Below are positions 37,580 through 48,600 of a DNA stretch of 64,000 nt, piece after piece; the first letter of the stretch is position 1; the number at the start of each line of letters is the position of its first letter. Location: assembly GCA_946413585.1 (NCBI GenBank), contig CAMKLG010000011.1, positions 1,717 through 65,716 of the forward strand. Reading direction: 5' to 3'. The DNA comes from an uncultured Bacteroidales bacterium (lineage in GTDB: Bacteria; Bacteroidota; Bacteroidia; Bacteroidales; WCHB1-69). Both the position numbers and the translations under genes were made by a program. Under the pieces are notes generated by a model. It worked only from the letters and a program-made list of their open reading frames with translations. It did not search any database and was not told the DNA's origin.

Positions 37580-38866
37580 ATGAATTTTGTAGAAGAATTG
37601 AGATGGCGTGGCATGTTGCATGACATCATGCCCGGAACAGAAGAGTTGTTTAACAAAGAAGTTTGTTCCGTTTATTTGGGCATTGACCCGACGGCGGATT
37701 CACTGCATATTGGTCATTTAGTGGGCATTATGATGTTGTCGCATCTGCAGCGTTGCGGTCATCGTCCCATTGCTTTGCTGGGTGGTGCCACAGGTATGAT
37801 TGGTGACCCTTCCGGTAAGAGCCAAGAACGTAACTTGCTGGATGAGGATACGTTACGCCATAACCAAGAGTGCATCAAGAAGCAACTGAGCAAGTTCCTC
37901 GACTTCGATAGCAAGGAACCCAATGCCGCCCTGCTGGTCAACAACTACGACTGGATGAGCAAGTTCTCCTTCCTGGAGTTTATCCGCGATGTGGGCAAAC
38001 ACCTGACCGTCAACTATATGATGGCGAAAGATTCAGTGAAGAAGCGTTTCAACGGCGAAGGCGACGGCATGTCGTTCACTGAATTCTCATACCAGCTGGT
38101 GCAAGGTTACGACTTCCTGCATCTCTATGAGACCGAGAACTGCAAGGTGCAGATGGGCGGCTCCGACCAATGGGGCAACATCACTACCGGTACGGAACTC
38201 ATCCGCCGTATGTTGAATGGCGAGGCTTACGCGCTCACTTGCCCGCTCATCACCAAAGCTGACGGCGGCAAGTTTGGCAAAACCGAAAAAGGCAATGTCT
38301 GGCTCGATCCCGCTCGTACCTCTCCCTACGCTTTCTACCAGTTCTGGCTCAACTGCTCCGACGACGACAGCAAACGCTACATCCGCATCTTCACCCACTT
38401 CACGAAAGAGGAAATTGAAGAAATGGAACGTCAGCACGATGCTGAACCACATTTGCGCATCCTGCAAAAGGCCTTGGCGAAAGATTTGACCGTGCGCGTA
38501 CATTCGCAAGAGGATTACGACGCAGCCGTCAATGCCTCCGAAATCCTCTTCGGCAAAGGTACTGCCGAGAATCTCGCATCCCTCTCAGAAGAGATGTTCC
38601 TCTCTGTTTTTGAGGGCGTTCCGCAGTTCGAGGTGCCCGCAAGTGTCCTTGATGAAACTTGCGGCGTGGTTGATTTCCTCGCTAAGCATACCCAAGTCTT
38701 CAACTCCAACGGCGAAGCCCGCCGTATGTTGAAAGACAACGGCGTCTCCATCAACAAAACCAAAGTGAAGGAGGACAAAACCGTCACGAAAGACGACCTC
38801 CTCAATGGAAAGTACGTCTTGGTGCAGAAGGGCAAGAAGAACTATTACATCGTGAAATTTGTTTAA
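37580..38866 (+). CDS. tyrS: tyrosine--tRNA ligase
   Basis: [30 protein letters not shown]-terminal S4 domain. Confidence 0.98.
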   Translation: MNFVEELRWRGMLHDIMPGTEELFNKEVCSVYLGIDPTADSLHIGHLVGIMMLSHLQRCGHRPIALLGGATGMIGDPSGKSQERNLLDEDTLRHNQECIKKQLSKFLDFDSKEPNAALLVNNYDWMSKFSFLEFIRDVGKHLTVNYMMAKDSVKKRFNGEGDGMSFTEFSYQLVQGYDFLHLYETENCKVQMGGSDQWGNITTGTELIRRMLNGEAYALTCPLITKADGGKFGKTEKGNVWLDPARTSPYAFYQFWLNCSDDDSKRYIRIFTHFTKEEIEEMERQHDAEPHLRILQKALAKDLTVRVHSQEDYDAAVNASEILFGKGTAENLASLSEEMFLSVFEGVPQFEVPASVLDETCGVVDFLAKHTQVFNSNGEARRMLKDNGVSINKTKVKEDKTVTKDDLLNGKYVLVQKGKKNYYIVKFV

Positions 38867-38882
38867 CTTTGAACCGCTCAAT

Positions 38883-38964
38883 AACCTTTAACCCCTAACC
38901 CTTAACCCTTAATCCCTAACCCTTAACCCTTAATCCCTAACCCTTAACCCTTAAACCTTAAACC
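38883..38964. repeat. C-rich heptamer repeat (AACCCTT/AATCCCT) abutting ATG 38968
   Basis: About 12 units followed by aaaATG. Confidence 0.9.
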
Positions 38965-38967
38965 AAA

Positions 38968-39438
38968 ATGGGCTATCTATCTTTAATCCTCCTAATCCTC
39001 CTCGGCATCGTGCTGATGATCCTGGATTTCCTCGTCATCCCCGGCGGGGTGGTGGCTATCCTCGGGGTGCTTTGCATGATCGGGGGCGTGGTCACGTCGT
39101 TTGTCCAGTTCGGCACTACCGTGGGTATCCTTACCCTGGTGTTGACGGCGGTGGTTACACTTGGCTCGTTTTGGCTGATGATGCGTACGAAGACGTGGCG
39201 GAAGCTGCAGCTTAAGACGCAGATTGACAGTAAAATGAATGAGGTTGATACAGGCAAGTTGAATGAAGGGATGGAAGGAGTGGCGGTTTCCCGTCTCGCC
39301 CCGACGGGTACGGGCTTGTTTGGAGACACTGAGGTCGAAGTGGTTTCCATGCAGGGTTTTATTGACGAAAATACACCTATTGTCATTCATAAAATCGAAG
39401 GTAGTAAAGTTATCGTAGAAACTTCTCATCAAAATTAA
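38968..39438 (+). CDS. NfeD-like membrane protein
   Basis: Three TMs, G.AVSRLAPTG OB-fold, upstream of floA. Confidence 0.85.
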   Translation: MGYLSLILLILLGIVLMILDFLVIPGGVVAILGVLCMIGGVVTSFVQFGTTVGILTLVLTAVVTLGSFWLMMRTKTWRKLQLKTQIDSKMNEVDTGKLNEGMEGVAVSRLAPTGTGLFGDTEVEVVSMQGFIDENTPIVIHKIEGSKVIVETSHQN

Positions 39439-39444
39439 TACATT

Positions 39445-40425
39445 ATGCCTCAAACAATTATCACTATCGTGATCGTATTAGCACTGGTCATCCTCTTTTT
39501 CTGGATGGTGCCTTTGCGCTTGTGGTTCATCGCTATTCTGAATGGTGTCCACGTTTCATTAGTTCAACTGATTCTGATGCGTTGGCGTCGTGTTCCGCCA
39601 GATATGATTGTCAATTCGATGATTACGGCTTCCAAGGCGGGCATTGACATCAGCCGTGACCAACTGGAGGCGCATTATTTGGCTGGTGGCCATGTGAAAC
39701 CGGTCGTGAATGCGTTGATTTCCGCTGATAAAGCTAACATCACCCTCGACTTCAAGGCGGCGACGGCCATTGACTTGGCAGGTCGTAACGTGTTGGAGGC
39801 CATCCAGACTTCCGTGAACCCGAAAGTCATCAACACGCCTCCTGTGGCGGCTGTCGCCAAGGACGGTATCCAGCTGATTGCCAAGGCGCGTGTCACCGTG
39901 CGTACGAACATCCGCCAGTTGGTGGGTGGTGCCGGCGAGGAGACCATCATCGCCCGTGTGGGTGAGGGTATTGTCTCTGCCATTGGTTCCGCCGACACAC
40001 ATAAGTTGGTGCTCGAGAATCCCGATTCCATTTCCAAATTGGTGTTAACCAAGGGTTTGGACTCTGGTACCGCCTTCGAGATCCTCTCCATCGACATCGC
40101 GGATGTGGATGTGGGTAAGAACATCGGTGCTATGTTGCAGATGGACCAGGCGAATGCCGACAAAAACATCGCTCAGGCGAAGGCCGAGGAGCGTCGTGCT
40201 ATGGCTGTGGCTCAAGAGCAGGAGATGAAGGCTAAGGCTCAAGAGGCTCGTGCTCAGGTGATTCTCGCCGAAGCCGAAGTCCCGAGAGCGCTTGCCGATG
40301 CTTTCCGCAGTGGCAATCTTGGCGTGATGGACTACTACAAATTGGAAAACATCAAGGCCGACACCTCCATGCGCGATGGTATCAGTAAAATGGGCCAAGG
40401 TGGTCAAAACCCGCAAAAAAAGTAA
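39445..40425 (+). CDS. floA: flotillin-like protein FloA (YqfA/UPF0365)
   Basis: [46 protein letters not shown]. Confidence 0.95.
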   Translation: MPQTIITIVIVLALVILFFWMVPLRLWFIAILNGVHVSLVQLILMRWRRVPPDMIVNSMITASKAGIDISRDQLEAHYLAGGHVKPVVNALISADKANITLDFKAATAIDLAGRNVLEAIQTSVNPKVINTPPVAAVAKDGIQLIAKARVTVRTNIRQLVGGAGEETIIARVGEGIVSAIGSADTHKLVLENPDSISKLVLTKGLDSGTAFEILSIDIADVDVGKNIGAMLQMDQANADKNIAQAKAEERRAMAVAQEQEMKAKAQEARAQVILAEAEVPRALADAFRSGNLGVMDYYKLENIKADTSMRDGISKMGQGGQNPQKK

Positions 40426-40429
40426 TTTA

Positions 40430-41197
40430 ATGAAATTAAAATCATTGTTTTCATGTATCATTTTGAGCATAACCGCCTTTGGTTATGCTCAAAATGTTTC
40501 TACCCCAAAGTATCATTACCAATATCAGATGATTTGTTTGGATTCTACGTATGATGCCAAAGTCGATCCAAAATTGGCGAAATATGTGGATAAAAAACGA
40601 CATCAGATGGAGAAACAGATGCAGGTGGTGGTGGGACATACGGAGATGGAGTTGGAATCTTTCGCGCCGGAAAGTCCACTCTCCAACTTCCTGACCGATT
40701 TGTTGTTAAACGAATCTTCCAAGTACATAAAGGATACGGCGTTTGACAATTTGGATATGTCCATGTTGAACTTCGGGGGCATTCGCACCTCCATGCCGGC
40801 AGGAAATGTGACGGTTGGGGACATTTACCGCATCTCCCCGTTTGATAATTACATGACCTTTGTCTTGGTGAAAGGTAGTGAATTGCGCAAAGCTTTGGAG
40901 AAATTCACCAACAAGCTCAATGCTCCCTATTCCGGTGCGACCATCACGTATAAGAATAACCGTCCGACACAGATCTTAATCCAGGGAAAGCCTATTGAGG
41001 ACAATCGCATGTATAAACTGGTTACGCTGGACTTTATTTCCGATGGTGGTGATCATCTATTGGAAGGTGTTCGTTATGAGCGAGTGGAATCCACTGTCGT
41101 CACTTTTCGGGATTTCCTTATTGCAGAGTTGAAGGCGATGAATGCAAGAGGAGAAAAGATCACAGGGAAGAAGGACGGAAGAGCGGTTGGTTTCTAG
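40430..41197 (+). CDS. 5'-nucleotidase C-terminal domain protein
   Basis: PESPLSNFLTD, NFGGIRT, PFDN, TLDFISDGGD. Confidence 0.88.
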   Translation: MKLKSLFSCIILSITAFGYAQNVSTPKYHYQYQMICLDSTYDAKVDPKLAKYVDKKRHQMEKQMQVVVGHTEMELESFAPESPLSNFLTDLLLNESSKYIKDTAFDNLDMSMLNFGGIRTSMPAGNVTVGDIYRISPFDNYMTFVLVKGSELRKALEKFTNKLNAPYSGATITYKNNRPTQILIQGKPIEDNRMYKLVTLDFISDGGDHLLEGVRYERVESTVVTFRDFLIAELKAMNARGEKITGKKDGRAVGF

Positions 41198-41287
41198 AGG
41201 TTAGCTATTGGCTGGCTATTTCATTTGTTACTGTGTATTCGTATTTTGTGTATATTTGCAGATTGTATTTTTAAGTTGGAAAGAACG

Positions 41288-42121
41288 ATGAAGCATTCGA
41301 TATTAAAGTGGAAAGCGGTTGCTGTGGGATTTCTAGCCATGGCGTTTTCCGGAATGGGTGGACTGTCGGCGCAGACGCAAGGCACTGGAAACCGCGTGTT
41401 CACAGTGAATCACATCGCCTTAAAGATGGTTTTTGTGCAAGGCGGAGAAATGCAAATGGGGTGTGACAACAGTAGGGAAGATAGTTGCAATGTTACGGAA
41501 ACCCCCGTGCATAAGGTAAAGTTGTCGGATTTCTATATTGGGGAAACCGAAATTACGCAAGCCCAGTGGATGGCGGTGATGGGTCACGACAATAATCCCA
41601 GTTATTGGAAAGGCAACACTCTTCCTGTGGAGCGCGTGAGTTGGACGGAATGTCAACGGTTTGTCAACCGTTTGAATAAGTTTTTAGCGAAAGAATTGCC
41701 CGAAGGTTATCGCTTCGCCTTGCCGAGTGAAGCTCAATGGGAATATGCGGCTCGCGGGGGCATGAAAAGTGCGGGCTTCCTCTATTCTGGAGGCAACGAC
41801 TTGAATAAGCTTTCTTGGTTTTACGATAATAGTGAGCAACGCACGCATGATGTGAGAGTGAAAGCTGCCAATGAATTGGGGATTTTCGACATGAGCGGTA
41901 ACGTTTGGGAATGGTGTCAGGATTTCTATAGCGAGAATTACTATTCGGAAAACAAAGATTGGAATAATCCTATAAATGATGAAGAAAGTTCTTATCATGT
42001 TTTGCGGGGTGGTAGTTGGAATTATGCGGCTCCGTATCAAAGATGCGGCAGACGCGATTACGGCAGTAAACACTCCCGATACGAGGACTGCGGCTTTCGG
42101 GTCGCATTGGTTCCGAGATAA
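41288..42121 (+). CDS. formylglycine-generating enzyme (SUMF1/FGE-sulfatase) domain protein
   Basis: LPSEAQWEYAARGG, NELGIFDMSGNVWEWC, RGGSW, GFRVA. Confidence 0.9.
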   Translation: MKHSILKWKAVAVGFLAMAFSGMGGLSAQTQGTGNRVFTVNHIALKMVFVQGGEMQMGCDNSREDSCNVTETPVHKVKLSDFYIGETEITQAQWMAVMGHDNNPSYWKGNTLPVERVSWTECQRFVNRLNKFLAKELPEGYRFALPSEAQWEYAARGGMKSAGFLYSGGNDLNKLSWFYDNSEQRTHDVRVKAANELGIFDMSGNVWEWCQDFYSENYYSENKDWNNPINDEESSYHVLRGGSWNYAAPYQRCGRRDYGSKHSRYEDCGFRVALVPR

Positions 42122-42153
42122 AAAAAAGCTCCGCGATTGCGGAGCTTTTTTTT
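42119..42153. terminator. bidirectional intrinsic terminator
   Basis: A-run AGCTCCGC-GATT-GCGGAGCT T-run between convergent genes. Confidence 0.9.
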
Positions 42154-45100
42154 AGAACGCGTATTTCAAATGTACAAGTATCTGCCACGTGGATGACAAA
42201 CTGTTGTAAACAGACCATGTAGATGGGATGAAGGAGTATTCTTGTCTTTCGCTATCGTAAGTCAATACCACTTCATTGTTCAACACTTGATAAGCTCCCC
42301 ATTTGTTGCAGAGGAGATTGCCGAGATTGTTGAAATCAACGCCCATGTTCAGGGTCTGTTTATGACCGCTGGTGTTGAAGTAGAACTCTTGTTCCACCTT
42401 GAAGTTGATGCGGTTTACCCATGGTGACTTTCCGCCGTTGCGCATGGAATACTGACCTCTGTTTTTGCTCAAGTAGGTGTCGCTGGAGATGAATTCATTA
42501 AACGCGTTGCGTTCCTCGTCAGAAGCGAACGGCATGTTGGCCAGCTCCTCTTCAGTGGGGATGTACATCAATTGCGAACTGGTCAGTCCACTGACATTCT
42601 GGATGAGATAAGAGCGGCGGGAACGGTAGTTGCCGTTATATACGCCCATATTCAGACCTTCATAGAAAAGTCCGAGTTTGGTGGCTGTGTGTTTGCCCTC
42701 CTTGATGGTGTATCCGATGGCCGCAATAACGCGGTGCGGCGCCACATAGCCGGAGAACCCTAACTCCGGACGGTTGCAGTCGTTGACATTGGCCGTGTTG
42801 GCGAAGCTGGAAACTTGGTCGCCAAAACCATCGGAAAGGGCAGTGGCATGGCTGAAGGTATAGGCTGCCATCACATCCAGTCCAAAGCGGAATTCTTTGG
42901 TGATTTGGGCGGTGAGGGAGAAGAATTGTCCGTGCAGTTTCTTTTCATTGTAAAGATAGTAGCCGCTCATACGAGAACCGGATTTGTTGGTGATGTCTTC
43001 GCTCGTATAATGGGTGCGTGCTTCGGGTTCGCCAGGCAACTGAACCGTACCATCTTCCTTATATCCTAATGTCTTGGCATACACCTCGTTGAAGTTGAAA
43101 GAGTAGATTCCTTCAATGGTGGCTTTAATATCACCGGGAATCACAACGTCCAAGGACAAGGAAGATTTCCAACTCGTGGGCATTCGCAGGCTTTTAGACA
43201 GAATGGTGGCGTTGGTGGGTGCGGGCAGGCCAGAACGGCTGTAGTTGTTACCTTCGTGGACACTGTTGATGATGTTTTCGAGTTCTGTGTCAAAAGGCAC
43301 TACGGGAGTGGTTTCATTATTCGCAATATACTGATATTGCAGACAGTTGGAGTTGCCGGCAGCACTCACTAACCAAACGTTGGGGATACGGCCGGAGAAT
43401 AAGCCTGTGCCGCCGCGGAGGAAGAGTTTGCGCTTGTGGGTGATGTCCCAGTTGAAGCCTATGCGGGGAGAAATGTGGAAATCGGTGCTGGGGACGTCGG
43501 CGGTGCTGAGTCCGGCAAAGGAACTGTTAGGGTGCGCTGCCGCTACGGCATCAAAATCAGCATTTCGGTTGTCGTAGATGAAACGTATGAAGGGCAGTTC
43601 CAAACGAAGACCCGCAGTGAGCTTGAAAAATTTGTTGAACTCCAGGTCGTCCTGCGCATATATGGAGACTTGCGATTGGAAGAACGAAGGATATACTTGT
43701 TCAGTGGGAGTGTCGGTGTTCGCGTGTGTGATCATGAAGAGCGAGGGACCTGCACCTTCAACCCCGTTGGCATCGTCCAAGAATGACTGCCAGGAGTCAT
43801 AGACATACCATCCGGTACCACCTTGCATGAAACCGTTTCGGATGTTGTTGAATTCCACTTGGGCACCCAACAGGATGTTGTTGATACCTGTTTTGTAGTT
43901 GAACTCATCCGTGAGGGTGTAGTTGCTCACTCGGCGCAGGTTGCCGTATGCGTAAGGATCCGGACCAAAGGTGGTGAACATGGCATATTGCGTTCTCCCA
44001 TCAGGGGCGGTGTATGGCTGAAGAATGTCCACCGTCGGGAACATGCCGCCTTTGAAAGTACGGGGTTCATTTTGCAGCGACCAAGTAAATCGGACCATGT
44101 TGTTGGCACGTCCGTTCAAGAGGTGGCTGTTGAGTTCAGCTGCCAGGGAGGAGAAATTCAGGTTCTCAAAGTAGCGGGCAGATTCGAACGGCATTGCGAA
44201 CGGAGAAATTCTGCCGGCATTGTAGCGGTTCACGGTGTAGGTGGTGCCGTCGGCAACGAAGCTGATGTTGGTGCCTCCCAACGGGCTGAAAGAGCTGGAC
44301 GGAGCACTGGAGGTGGAGACGTGGGTGTGTGAAAAGCGGATCTGGAGCAGGTTGTAATCGTTGATGCGCCAATCCAGACGGGCAAACGCCTTGAAGTCAG
44401 GCGTAGTCACGGTGTAGTTTTCGAAGTGCCCCGGGTCATAACCGAATTTATCAACAAGGAATTGGTGGATGGTTTCCATCTGGTATGTGGTGGGACGGTT
44501 GAAGCCGGTGCTGCCGCCATAGGGCTGGTCTTCGTCCTTACGCGACATGACCTCTGATCCGGCCTGGTGGTCGGTGGTGTATTCGCCATTGACAAAGAAG
44601 AAGAGCTTGTCTTTGATGATGGGGCCGCCAAGGGTGAACCCAATGTTGTTGGTGAGGGTGGGGGAGGTGGTCAGCCAGTCGTTGCCAATGCGATGCCCTT
44701 GCATGTCGCTGCTGGTGAAAAAGTCGTACACCGAGCCATGCCATTCGTTGGTGCCGTGTTTGGTTACCATATTGATGGATCCGCCTTGGAAATTGCTGTG
44801 GCGCACGTTGAAGGGGGTGAGGCTTACGCTGACCTGGTCAATGGCTTCAAGCGAAATCGGGGTGCCGCCGGCAGGCAGACTGGATCCGATGCCGAAAGAG
44901 TTGTTGAACGACGCGCCATCCACGGTGACGTAAGAGCCCCGGTAGTTGGCACCGCCGAACGATGCTCCCATCTCTGTGGTGACACCTTGGGGTGTGAACT
45001 TCAGAATGTCATACAGACTGCGGTTTACCGTGGGTGTCAACTGTATCATGTCACTGTTGAGATGGATGCCGATGCCCGCACGGTTGATGTTCATGGAGGA

Positions 45101-45520
45101 GTTCTCCCCATCGCCAAAAATAACCACCTCTTCAATCTTCTTTGCAGATTGTTCCAGTACGGCATCCACCACTACAGTCTCTCCCAGTGGAGCCTCCACG
45201 TCGTTAATGATAATCGTTTTATAGTTGAGACGCTCAATGCGGACAGTGTATGGACCGCCTGATAAGATATTGTTAATGATGTAGTTGCCTCTTTGATTGG
45301 TGAATGCGTAATAGTGCTGTCCGGTAGGCACGTGCAGAATAGTCACCACCGCTTCGGGGATAGGTCCTTTGCCGTCGCTCACGTTACCGGAAATGGAGGT
45401 AGTGGTTATCTGTGCTGTCAGCATCAGTGTCGGCACGAGACAGAATAGCACCACCAACAGAACGTTCATTCCTATTTTCTTTCCACCGTTGTTTTCAAAA
45501 AAACGTAAAAAATGATTCAT
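42152..45520 (-). CDS. TonB-dependent receptor, Oar-like
   Basis: Carboxypeptidase-regulatory-like N-domain, DGASFNNSFG, PISLEAI, GFTLGGPIIKDKLFFF, C-terminal Y.F. Confidence 0.9.
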   Translation of the reverse strand: MNHFLRFFENNGGKKIGMNVLLVVLFCLVPTLMLTAQITTTSISGNVSDGKGPIPEAVVTILHVPTGQHYYAFTNQRGNYIINNILSGGPYTVRIERLNYKTIIINDVEAPLGETVVVDAVLEQSAKKIEEVVIFGDGENSSMNINRAGIGIHLNSDMIQLTPTVNRSLYDILKFTPQGVTTEMGASFGGANYRGSYVTVDGASFNNSFGIGSSLPAGGTPISLEAIDQVSVSLTPFNVRHSNFQGGSINMVTKHGTNEWHGSVYDFFTSSDMQGHRIGNDWLTTSPTLTNNIGFTLGGPIIKDKLFFFVNGEYTTDHQAGSEVMSRKDEDQPYGGSTGFNRPTTYQMETIHQFLVDKFGYDPGHFENYTVTTPDFKAFARLDWRINDYNLLQIRFSHTHVSTSSAPSSSFSPLGGTNISFVADGTTYTVNRYNAGRISPFAMPFESARYFENLNFSSLAAELNSHLLNGRANNMVRFTWSLQNEPRTFKGGMFPTVDILQPYTAPDGRTQYAMFTTFGPDPYAYGNLRRVSNYTLTDEFNYKTGINNILLGAQVEFNNIRNGFMQGGTGWYVYDSWQSFLDDANGVEGAGPSLFMITHANTDTPTEQVYPSFFQSQVSIYAQDDLEFNKFFKLTAGLRLELPFIRFIYDNRNADFDAVAAAHPNSSFAGLSTADVPSTDFHISPRIGFNWDITHKRKLFLRGGTGLFSGRIPNVWLVSAAGNSNCLQYQYIANNETTPVVPFDTELENIINSVHEGNNYSRSGLPAPTNATILSKSLRMPTSWKSSLSLDVVIPGDIKATIEGIYSFNFNEVYAKTLGYKEDGTVQLPGEPEARTHYTSEDITNKSGSRMSGYYLYNEKKLHGQFFSLTAQITKEFRFGLDVMAAYTFSHATALSDGFGDQVSSFANTANVNDCNRPELGFSGYVAPHRVIAAIGYTIKEGKHTATKLGLFYEGLNMGVYNGNYRSRRSYLIQNVSGLTSSQLMYIPTEEELANMPFASDEERNAFNEFISSDTYLSKNRGQYSMRNGGKSPWVNRINFKVEQEFYFNTSGHKQTLNMGVDFNNLGNLLCNKWGAYQVLNNEVVLTYDSERQEYSFIPSTWSVYNSLSSTWQILVHLKYAF

Positions 45521-45662
45521 AATCAACAATATTTCAGAACGATAAAATACTACATAACTTACTAGGTGACAATAAAATAAAGAGGCGTATGTCTCGATAC
45601 CCCATTGTACAACTATCAAGTTGACAAAATTACAAAAAATAATCATCAAAAAATGCGAAAAA

Positions 45663-45690
45663 AATGAGACGTTGCGCGCAACGTCTCATT
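45663..45690. repeat. perfect 28-bp palindrome (REP-like) after the giant gene
   Basis: AATGAGACGTTGCGCGCAACGTCTCATT. Confidence 0.85.
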
Positions 45691-45691
45691 C

Positions 45692-48600
45692 CTACAGCAC
45701 CGTCACGCTCCCCTTCACAAACTCCGGTTTCCCCGCAGCGTTCGTGTAGCGGATGACGTAGTTATATACCGTCTGGTATTGGATGGTGCCGCGGTATTCG
45801 CCGTTCCAGCGGAAGTTCTTGTCGTTGGTGTAATAGACCAGCTCGCCCCAACGGTTGTAAATCCAGATCTCGAAGAGATTAATATTCAGAAGGTTGCGCT
45901 CGGGAATGCTGAAGTAGTCGTTCAGGCCGTCGTGGTTCGACGGGGTGATGGCGTTGGGCAACAGCAGCTGGTCGTCGCAGTTCTCAATCACGAAGCGCGC
46001 TGTGTTGCTGCACTCGCCCTGCGATGCCGTCACGTAATAGCTGCCCGAGTGCGTCACCGTGATGGTAGGTGCGGTCTCGCCCGTGCTCCACACGTAGTTC
46101 GGCATGTCGGTGACCACCATCAGCTCGGCGCTGAGGTCTTCGCAGAAGTCCGGGGTCAGCGAGACGATGCGCACCGCCGTGTCGATGACCCTCAGGCGCA
46201 AGGTTACCACGCTGTCGCAGCCCGCCGCGCTCTGCAGGGTCAACACCCGCGTCAGTTGCTGCTCGCCTACCGTCTCTATCGGCACGACACTGAAGCCGTT
46301 GTCGTCGTAGCCCTCGCCCTCGCACACCACGTCCTCGACTTCCGTCTCGAACAGCGGGTTGACGGTCAGGATCAGCACCACCGCGCTGTCGCAGTGACCC
46401 GTCGCATGGTGCTGCTCGAAGGTGTAGTCGCCGGGCACTGCCGTCTGGTCCGCCGTAACCTCGAAGCCGAAGCCTTCGAAGGCCTCGTTCTGGCACACCG
46501 CCGCCGTGACGGTGTCCATCGTGTTGGGCCACAAGGTGATATTGACCGTGTTGCTGTATTCCGTGCCGCAGCTCTGGCTCACCCACGCGCGGCGCAGGCT
46601 GAACGCCGTCGTCGGGATGTTGGGATAGGTGTAGCTCTGCGTATTGTTCGTGCCCGGGGCGGGAGTCCAGTCCGTGCCATTGGTGGAGACCTGCCACTGG
46701 TAAGCTCCGTTGTCGCCGCCCGAGGCCGCCGTGCCTGTGAACGGCAGCGGTTGCTCGCCCTCGCACACCACCTGGTTCTCGGCGATTGTACCGGGTTGCA
46801 GCGCGTCGTTCAGCGTGTTCAGCGTCACCGTGGCCGTCGCCACACAGCCGATGGCATCCGTCACCGAGAAGGTGTAGTTGCCAGCCGGTTGGTTGCTGAT
46901 GGAGGTCGTGGTGGAGACGCTCGCGCCCGCCGCGTCCGTCCACGCGTACGCGAAATTCGGCATACCGCCCGTCACCGTGGCCGTGGCCGCGCCGTTGCTG
47001 CCGCTGAAGCAGGTCACGTGCGTCACGTTCGGGATGGTCGCGGCAATCTCGTCCACGGACAATGTGTAGGTCACCACGCTGTCCGCGCCATGATCGGTCA
47101 GCAGCGAGTCCACGAACGTGCCTGCCGCCTCGAAGACGTGGCCGCCCCACGTGTAAGGCAGTGCGCTTGCGCAGGCCGTGGCATACACCTGCGCGGTGGT
47201 GTTGTTATAGACTGTCAGGTTGAGAGTCACGGTGCTGTCGCAGCCCGCCGCGTTGGTGAAGTGCTGGTAGTAGGTGCCGGTGGCGGTGTAGGAACTGTCG
47301 TTCAAGACATAAGGCAGGTTGTTTTGGACAATTTCGGCGTTGAGGGTTGTGCCGGTCACCGCATTCACCGTCAGGGTCATCGTCAGCACGCTGTCAGTAC
47401 CGTTCGCCGCCTGCAAAGTAGCCGTCTGAGTACCCGCCGCCGTGAACTCCACTCCGTTCCAGATGAGCGGCAGTTCACTGGAGCATATCGTGCTGTCCGC
47501 GCTCGCATACACCGTCGGAATCACCGCAAGAACGACCGTCAGTGTACTGTCACAGCCCGCCACGTTGGTTAAGGTCTGTGTGTATGTTCCAGCAGAGTCG
47601 TAAGTGTCGGCGTTCAGAGCATAGGGCAGCTCTCGCTCGTAAATCGTCAAGTACAAGGTACTATCAGACGGATAGTGGACCGTCAGGTGCATCACCACCG
47701 TGCTGTCCGCACCCGTGGAAGCTGTAAGGAGAGCGGTTTGAGTGCCAGCAGTGGCGAAGGAAACGCCGTTCCATTCGATGGGAAGTTGGCTTTCGCAAAT
47801 GGTGGAGTCTGCTTCGGAAGTTACGTTATGGTGAATGACTACGTTCACCACAAGGAGACTGTCGCAGTTTTGGGCGTTGGTGAGGGTTTGGGTGTAGGCA
47901 CCTTCTGAGGAATAGAGGCTGTCGTTGATGAGGAGCGGTAGGGCGTTCTCCACCACCGCCGTGTCGAGGGTGCCGTAGGTGGTGAGAAGTACCGTCAAGT
48001 GCATCACTACCGTGCTGTCAGCTCCCGTGAAGGCGGTGAGGACAGCGGTTTTCGTGCCAGCGGCGGCGAAGGAAACGCCGTTCCACTCGATGGGAAGTTG
48101 GCTTTCGCAAATGGCGGAGTCTGTTTCGGAAGTTACGTTATGGTGAACGACTACGTTCACCACAAGGAGACTGTCGCAGTTTTGGGCGTTGGTGAGGGTT
48201 TGGGTGTAGGCACCTTCTGAGGAATAGAGGCTGTCGTTGATGAGGAGCGGTAGGGCGTTCTCCACCACCGCCGTGTCGAGGGTGCCGTAGGTGGTGAGAA
48301 GTACCGTCAAGTGCATCACTACCGTGCTGTCAGCTCCCGTGAAGGCGGTGAGGACAGCGGTTTTCGTGCCAGCGGCGGCGAAGGAAACGCCGTTCCACTC
48401 GATGGGAAGTTGGCTTTCGCAAATGGCGGAGTCTGTTTCGGAAGTTACGTTATGGTGAACGACTACGTTCACCACAAGGAGACTGTCGCAGTTTTGGGCG
48501 TTGGTGAGGGTTTGGGTGTAGGCACCTTCTGAGGAATAGAGGCTGTCGTTGATGAGGAGCGGCAGGGCGTTCTCCACCACCGCCGTGTCGAGGATGCCGT

